From the human T2T-CHM13v2.0 reference genome, Homo sapiens: a stretch of 64,000 nucleotides of DNA. Positions 55,957 through 64,000 of the stretch are shown here, piece by piece. The position numbers and the translations under genes were made by a program. The stretch lies in the NCBI RefSeq assembly GCF_009914755.1, contig NC_060938.1; one strand, written 5' to 3'. How positions within the stretch are numbered: the stretch's first letter is position 1; each line of letters opens with the position of its first letter. The notes beneath the pieces were generated by a model, which saw only the letters and a list, made by a program, of their open reading frames with translations, had not been told where the DNA came from and did no database searches.

Positions 55957-56319
55957 TGTTAGGATACCTGTGTTGGCGCGTTCATTGCAGCATGGCTTGC
56001 AATAATGAAAAACTGACAGGAAGGGATCTTGGTCTATTAGCAGCAGACCAGATAAATAAACTTTAGTCACATGATGGAAAGCTAAACTGTAGTTAAAATG
56101 AACTAGATCTAGATGTATTTAACATGGCTGAATCTCAAAAATACAATATTTAGTCAAAAAGCAAGTTGCAAACACGTAATTATGGCATAATACCATTTGT
56201 ATATGTAAATGTTAAAGGCATAAAACAGTCCCATATATTGCAGATATGTGTGCAGTGCACTTGTAGCTCCTGGGCAGGAGTGAGATGGCAGCTAGAGGGT
56301 AGAGGCCACCTCTGGTGGG

Positions 56320-56575
56320 GGACTCAGGTAGCATGTGGTTAAGAGTCTGGGCTTTTGTACTCCTGGAAGCCTGGATATAAATCCTGGTTTCACTGCGCTG
56401 TCACTGTGAGTTTCGGTAAGTTACTTAACCCTTCTGAGCCTTAGTTTCTTCATCTTATGTAAAGTAGGGATAATTGTACCTGCCTTGTCAGATTTTTGTA
56501 AAGATTAAATAAGATTATTTTTGTAAAACGCTTAAAGAGTATGAAACTCAGTAATCCTTAACTCAATAAATGGTA
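56320..56575 (+). mobile_element. MIR SINE
   Basis: ggtaagttacttaacccttctgagccttagtttcttcatc...gtagggataattgtacct. Confidence 0.75.
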
Positions 56576-56587
56576 TATATATATATA

Positions 56588-56876
<289 letters not shown>

Positions 56877-59800
56877 TGAATGGCGTTTTCATTACTTTAG
56901 GGTATACTTAATCACTTTTTCCTGCTTTATTTTCCTATGCTTTTTCTGTTGCCTTTCTCAGAAAAGCATTACTGTGAAGGGTGGGTGGTGGAGCATGTTG
57001 GTATGGAGAGAATGTCCACACTGTACCTGGTACTATGCTGGGAGCTCAATTCATTTCATTCCTTAGATATCATGGAATCTTCATAATATGTGAGGCGTAG
57101 AGTATATTCCCATTTTACAGATGAGGAAACTGAGGCTAAAAGATTAACAGATTTGTCTGAGGCTACATTTACAGGCTAGCAAACCAGATCTACTGATCCT
57201 TAAGCCTGTGCCTTGCCCACTCTGCCCCGTGCCTTGCTTTTCCTCTAGTGAGGGTCTACTGATTTCCGTGCTTTCAGCTCAGATCATCTTATCTCGACTT
57301 AACGCCATTCTCTAAATTAGAGAATATGAAGAAATTGTGACTCTCAGAGGTGGTGTAACTTGCCCAAGATCACAGAGTCTAGTAGGTAAGAGACAGAGTT
57401 GGAACTCATATCAGATTCTGAAGCTACTGTAGTGAGGTTCTACCAGGAAAAATAAAAAGAAAGAAAACTATGATTATGCTGCTCTCGTAATTTAGTGTCC
57501 AAATCAGGAGTAATGCCCAGTGTTCTGAATGTGATGAATTTTGAAAAATACCTTTTGAAAGTTCTGGAAGGGAATTTTAAAGTATCATTTCTGTACTCTT
57601 TCTGGGTTGATACTTTGGAATATGAATTTGTTTGTATGGGTTTTTTTGGTGGAGCATTAGATGCGTGTAAACTGACTTTGTAAGATAGCCTCCTAACTCC
57701 CAGTTCCTAGTGTTACTCTGCCATATAACTTTGCAGTCAGCATTTTCTGCCCCAGATGGAATCACCACCGTCTATCACATATGAAATAATGATTATCATT
57801 AAAATTCATTCTTGGATGTGATTTTCTAATTTTCAGGAGTAGCTCTCTGATTCTGAGTTAATTTCAAGTGATATTTGTAAGAACTACCACTGCATATTGC
57901 AGTTTTTGAAAACTAAAGTGTGAGAGAGATTAACCATGTGTAAACAGTTACTTGTGGATCCGCAGGATTCATTTTAATATTCAACTTAATGAAGAGTAGT
58001 CTTTTATTATTATTAGGAGTTTCTCACTTCACTCTATAGGAAGCAATTGGGTATTTCCTTAAATATTTAAACTGGTAATCAACTTTCTTAAAAATGGAAA
58101 AGAGCATAGTCATTAAGAAGGGTGCCAACGTTTGGCCTTGATGCCAGCTGCCTATTACACCTATTCATCTAAAAATTAAAGAAGCAGCTAAGTTTAATTT
58201 TGATAAACCGTCAGCTGCTGTCAAGAACAGGCAGGTGGCTCATGAGAAGTTAGTATCACTTGCATGTGGCTGTGTGTGTTGGGTGTTGAGAATGTCTGAA
58301 AGCCTGCTTGTTTTGATAATTTTGGTGGTAAGGATTCTGGGGGTCTCCCCTTCTCTCGTAGTCAGGACATGTGATCAACAGCAACATAAAGTTTAATCAA
58401 TGAGGCAAGCCCAATGCTTCGATTGAGTGTGATACTATAAAAGTGATTGATGAAAAGCAATTTTACTTTAAAAACATGTATTTTTTGGGTAAAACATGTA
58501 GTTTTGGGTAGTTCTCAGGCAGCAAACATTTCCATTTTTGGTGTGTTTCAGAAATTATAGACATCCATCAAAATAAATCAGTAAAAATTGATTATCATGG
58601 AAAGCTTCACACAATATATTATTCATTGAAACAAAACAGGTCGTTCATGCACATAAATGATTCATTTGTATAAAAGGTATTTAAGAAAGTTGAAGATAAT
58701 GAAAAGAAGCTCACGTTTACTTTAAATATTTCTTAATTCTCGCACCCAGCTCTCAGTCATCATAAAGGTAAAAGTTTTGTAATCGGCATCATTGTAAAAA
58801 GTGAGTTTTGATAGACTTTGTATTTGAGGACAGAGTTTGAAGAAAGTAAAAAAACACACAAATTATGCTAGTTGTTTTTGTTGATGGAGCATCAAACATC
58901 ACCATGATGAACAACTTGAATTCATCAGGGTATTCTACTATGTCTAGATATTTGGCATTATAAAGACATTTTGATGATTAATGGAATTTACCCTTTATTG
59001 GCAGCTGCCAAAGAGCTAGCTGTTGTTTCTTTACTAGCACCCAGAGTGGCTGAGAGGTGTCCTTTTGGAGGCCTAGAGCAATGTAACCCTTTCTTAATAT
59101 GTGAAGTCTGGAGAAGGAAGATAAAGCCCTTGGTTCAGGGGCTTTCTTTAGGGCTGTCATTTAGAGCAAAGTCAGTTTTTTTAATAAGGCAATAACTTTT
59201 AAGAAAAAAATAAATAGTATATTGGGACTTGTGATATAACTGAAATCAGTAATTTTATTTGGAAAATGTTTGATAATAAATTATAGGGTATCAAGAGCAA
59301 GTTTTTGTATTTTTAGTTTGTTTACATAAAAATCGATTTGTGTAAACTGTACTGGACTTGAACAATCTGTTGACTTTTCCGTTTTGTTTATCCATATGCT
59401 CATTTTGGCCATTTAAAAATATCTATCTATGTAAATATAAAAGTGTCACATAAGTGTTAGTTATTATATGCCATGCTTTGACCATCTTCGTTTTTAACAT
59501 GACCAATACAGGCTTTTTAATGGCCGACTATGTTTTTGAAAGCACAGTCATCTCAACATACAAGTAGAAAAGGAAGTAGACTGATGAAGAGGAATGTTAA
59601 GAGTAATCTTTTATGTCTTAAGATTGAAGCCACATTTCTTTCTTACCATTTTGTTACAGTCATCATCCTTGTGGCTCAGAATTGAACAGAGTAGTTGCAC
59701 AGCTGCGCTGTCACAGAGTGTCCCTCATCTCATGTGTGTCCTCAGAGCCATTTGCACACAGGACTGATCACATGCATGCTGGTTGGTTTCTTGGCTGCTG

Positions 59801-60634
59801 TGAGCGCTTAAGAGCAGAGCGGGTCTCACTCCCCCACCCCTCAGCCCTGGACAGGGACCTTGCTGAGCTCTGGGCCTTCATTAGACTCACCAGTCACTTC
59901 GGGTTCTGCACAGAGCCTCATCATCCACTCCACAGAGAGCCCATCACAGTGGCTGGATAGATGGGAACTGACAACCCATAGCTGTGGGACAGGGATTTTT
60001 CCCTGGGTAAAAGTAATTGTTAAAAATTAAAAAAAAAAAAAAACTCAACAACTCATCATCTCGAGGAGAAGTGACTGACGGCCTGCACCAACTTAGACAG
60101 TCACAGTCATGAAAAGTGCACAGGTGGGATTGCCCGAGTTGGCCATGAATTACCGTGATGGATCCATTTGGAAATGAAGTTGGTTGTGACATTTCTTCAA
60201 GTTTTGTTTCGCTTGAAGCTTGACTGGTAGATGGAGAATTTTGGCCTTATGTATCTTATGTGACTTGCATTACCCAGTCCAGTCCTCTGCCATTAATCTA
60301 AGGTCCGCAATGTATCAGGTATTTTACTGAGAATCTTGCTTACCTAATTCTCACAAAAAAAAAAACCTTGGGAGATGAGGGTGGAAACAGGATGAGAGGT
60401 CAGGTGACTTGTCTGAGGGCTGACGGTTTGTAATTGGAAGAGTCAGGGCCTAACCACTGGTCTCTTTGACACAAAAACTCATGCTCTTAGTGGCAAGCAC
60501 AGTGTTCTCAAGATTGGGGGAAGCCAGGGAGGGACAGTGGGTTGTCTGCTACTAGTGGGTCAAAATTACATATTTAGTCATGAATGGTTCAGCTTTTACC
60601 ATTTAAATAACAAATAAATGTTCTTTCTCCATAG

Positions 60635-60813
60635 GCATTAAAGACTATTCCAACTGGCCCACCATCCCGCAAGTGTACCTCAATGGCGAGTTTGTAGGGG
60701 GCTGTGACATTCTTCTGCAGATGCACCAGAATGGGGACTTGGTGGAAGAACTGAAAAAGCTGGGGATCCACTCCACCCTTTTAGATGAAAAGAAAGACCA
60801 AGACTCCAAGTGA
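60635..60813 (+). CDS. GLRX5: Glutaredoxin-5: coding exon 2 ([59 protein letters not shown])
   Basis: Acceptor ttctttctccatag|GC at 60634/60635, phase matches exon 1 (G|GC). Grx signature WPTIPQ and GGCD; TGA at 60811-60813. 295+179=474 nt = 157 aa plus stop. Confidence 0.99.
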
Positions 60814-61410
60814 GGGCGGCCAAGTCCTCGCTGAGCAGAGAGGGAGCCGTTCATGTCAGAGACTCACTGCCAGAAAAGCCTTACCCATTTTGGTTTTCAC
60901 TATTGAGACCGCAACTGCTTGCACTGATCATTTTGGTTCGTGAGCAGTTGGTGATTTTAGTTGGTCTGGTGTTCGGGCTAAGAATATTTTATTGTGGACT
61001 TAATTACAACCACTGCACTGTAATGATTCAATGCTGTATTATGATATTGCTGTAAACAAAATTCATTCTTATATTGTCACTTATTCTTTGCCTGATTCAG
61101 AAGTTAAATAGGAGCTTTGGAATCATTATTCATGACCCCTCTGCAAATGTGTCAGTCTCCAAAGAGAGTATCTCCCCCCAAATTTTGTGTAGCTTCTTTT
61201 GTTATGGAAAATGGTGGACAAAAAAAGAAACTGTGATAACTGGGGCGTTGTTTTTTAAAATAAACTCCAGCACAGGGATGCTGTGCATGCCTGAGTTGAT
61301 TCCGAAGTGCATATGTCTGTAAGGATTTGGAGTGCCTGCAGTGTTTTATGTGTGGGAAGTAAGGGTGAGTCTCATATTCTTCTATTAAATTTGCCACAAG
61401 AATTGCCGTC
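60814..61410 (+). other. GLRX5: GLRX5 3' UTR (end approximate)
   Basis: Follows the stop codon; AT-rich, repeat-free; AATAAA at 61259-61264 and ATTAAA at 61384-61389. Confidence 0.8.
61384..61389 (+). terminator. Distal polyadenylation signal ATTAAA of GLRX5
   Basis: ATTAAA hexamer ~570 nt after the stop; consistent with the ~1.1-1.2 kb mRNA as recalled. Confidence 0.65.
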
Positions 61411-63446
61411 GAGCCCTGGTCTACTTTCTGGGGGAAGCAGCTGTTTGGATGGTGAGTCAACTGTGCAGCTGGAGGCGTGGGTGGGCTGGAGGGAGCAGAG
61501 GTGGGTGAGGCCGGAGGAGGCGGCCCCACCTGCCTATCTCTGGAGCCCTGTGCTTGGCACACTGCTACAGTTAGATAGGGAGACATCGTCAACAGTCCAC
61601 CGAGCTAGGGGATTTAATGAGTATTTTACTTCTTAAAAAGTGGGGACTTTCTAAAAGAGGACATAATTTGGAATTGTGGCAGAGATTCTCCCAGTGTCTG
61701 GTGTCTTTATAAGACCTTTCCATGATTTCTGCATCCCGAGACTGGGGCCTGGTAGAGCCTGGGGCTGTGCAGAGGCCCATGGGAAGGAAGCCTGCCTGGT
61801 GTGGCATGGAGGCTTTGTTCATCTCCAGGGACTTAAAGAGAGCGCTTGTCTAGAAACATATCTTTACGGTGGCAGAGGTGGGAAGAAGGATGCATTTTCT
61901 CATAATAAGGGCAAAAAGGACAGAACGGCTCTTTTCCCCAGAGCTATTCTAGAGGCTTGTTCTTCGTTGCTTATTTAATCTCCTTGAGTTCCTCTTGAGA
62001 ATACTCTAAAAACAGACTTCCTCCATGAGGTCAGGCTAGAACTGATGGAGTTGCCCCTGCTCCCCTTCCCCAGAGGTTTTGGAAGGGGAAGGAAAGCTGT
62101 AGCCCCACGCCCCCACCCTGGGGACTGCCCCATCAGATTAGAGCACTGCTCCTCAGCAGTCACCCACCTCACCGTGTTAGAGAAAAGAAAAATAGATTAT
62201 TCTCAGAAAAAGGTTATTACATTAATTGTCTGCTACATCCCATGATACCTTTATGTCTTCTGTAAGCTAAGGGACCTTAGGATCTAAGAGGAGGTTAAAA
62301 CACATCCATTTGAGCCATTTGGTTTAGAAATGAGGGAAGCAGGAGCACTAGAAGGATCTACCTTGCCCTGTAGACAGAGTCACCATGAATAAGTCACTTC
62401 ATACTGCCTCTGGATGGATACAGGCCGTGGACCAGAGGCCGGGTCTGCAAAATTGTCCCTTGCCATCACATCTAGTGAGGAGTGTGATACGTTTTCACAA
62501 TTTTGCTTCTTTTGGCTTTTCCTTGAATCTGCCTGTGTGCCCTTAGGTTTCATCTGAAAAGCGAAATGATGAGAAACTTATTGATGGGAAGCATCAATGT
62601 AAGAAACCTCTCTAGAATATGATTGGAGCTAGGAAAAGGCTGCCAAGTGAATAATTTGACTCATGCTTATGAGTCATAGTGAGATCATATCAAAGTCACT
62701 AGGGAACTTATAAGTTGAAGGAATCACTGGGCTCTACGAGGAATGTAAGTCTTCTTTCTCAGAGTTAATTAATAATTTTTTTCTATATGCCTAACAAATC
62801 TCTACCAAGTAGAAAGTTGAAGATGCTATCTAGTGTAAGTCTGAATAATTTTGATGGTCTGCATAATTAGAATTCACTGTGAGAATTAGAGCAGAGACAC
62901 AGAGGTTCCTTGTGCAAACAGCAGTATCACGCACCTATTTAAAATGCAAGGACTGCTTCTCGGGTTTAAATGCACCTATTTAAAATACATTAGGCCTGTA
63001 TTAGTGTGATTATATTGGATATTTGTCATAGCTTCAGGGTCTGTGTGATTAGACCCTTAGAAATCAAGTTATTTTAGAAGATTAAACATTTTATGATTTC
63101 AGGTAGTTTTTATTTTTTTCATGGATTGGTAGTTACATAAATGGCATTCTGCTTCATTAAGCTATGAGTTTTAGAGATATCTTAGGACAGAAGATAACTT
63201 TTAAGTTGGGTTTCGTTTTGTTGGCAGTGTTTAATTCACTTGTGTAGAATCTGGGAACCGAAGCTTTCCTTTAACTTTTCAAGCCATAGCAGCCAGCTTA
63301 AGAGAGAATTCTTGTTACATTTGTTAGGTTTACTTAGATATTTTGACATAAATTATATTTTGAGAAATCAGGTCCCTTGTTTGTGACAGGAGGGACTGTG
63401 CTAAGGGTAGAGGAATGACTTGTGTCGGCAAGGTTTCATTGGTGCA

Positions 63447-63477
<31 letters not shown>

Positions 63478-63750
63478 AAAGGGTCTTGCTCTGTTGCCCA
63501 TGCTGGCGTGCAGTGGCCTGATTATGGCTCACTGCAGCCTTGACCTCCTGGGCTTAAGCAATCCTTCCCACTCAGCCTCCTGAATAGCTGAGACTTCAGA
63601 TGTGCACCACAACACCTGGCTAATTTTTTTTATTTTTTAGAGACAGGGTCTCTGTGTTGCCCAAGCTGGTCTTGAACTCCTGGCTCAAGCGATCCTCCCA
63701 CTCTGGCCTCCCAAAGTGTTAAGATTACAGGCATGAGCCACTGCGCCCAG
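63447..63750 (-). mobile_element. AluJ with (GATT)7 tail-derived microsatellite (63447-63474)
   Basis: Reverse J-type dimer. Confidence 0.88.
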
Positions 63751-64000
63751 CAGAAACAAATTTAAATGTGAGGTGAGAAAGCTTTCATGTGGGTTCCTGA
63801 GAGCCACCGACAGGAAAAGATATATATTAGGGGATGGCCACACAAAACACTGATTGTTTTAAAAATTTAACATTCCACTTAAGAATTGTTTAGTAAATCT
63901 AAAAAGCAGCTTTAAATTGTGCCTAAGAACCGTATAATAGCTACTATGAAGCAGAGCAGAGGAATGGTGAAGAGAAAAGCCATTTTAAGGTCCAGGGGCT

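Larger units (their letters stand above)
55130..56250 (+). mobile_element. L1ME-type fragment interrupted by MER58A and MER1B
   Basis: gggagtataaaatggtaccaacactttgg, actcctaggtatatat, aatctcaaaaatacaatatttagtcaaaaagcaagttgca. Confidence 0.65.

Noticed and set aside
62931-62986. 15-bp direct repeat GCACCTATTTAAAAT x2
   Set aside because: Only two copies in AT-rich DNA; not an array and no support for function.

Overview
Primate (most likely human) genomic DNA, recognised as chr14q32.13. From right to left it holds the complete two-exon GLRX5 gene on + (mitochondrial monothiol glutaredoxin, CGFS motif, 157 aa; this haplotype encodes Thr146 rather than the Ala146 I recall for the reference). 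Head-to-head with it on - is the snoRNA-host lncRNA SNHG10, carrying the 275-nt tandem H/ACA scaRNA SCARNA13 (U93) in an intron. A second CpG island (~32.8-34.0 kb) has a minus-strand 5' splice site. By recalled synteny this is the non-coding exon 1 of SYNE3, so 1-33300 is SYNE3 intron 1. The rest is Alu, MIR, L1M, L2, DNA-transposon MITEs, one solo ERV1 LTR and microsatellites. Nearly all ORF-track entries are spurious. I found no convincing undescribed protein-coding system. The most unusual non-annotated signals are: a ~230-bp, ~96%-identical non-TE direct duplication in SYNE3 intron 1; an apparently locally templated insertion inside an Alu; a (GGGGGCC)n G4-type repeat just after the SYNE3 first donor; and a TCT/5'TOP-like start with an X-box palindrome in the SNHG10/GLRX5 bidirectional promoter. 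Repeat subfamily names and boundaries are by eye, not RepeatMasker.
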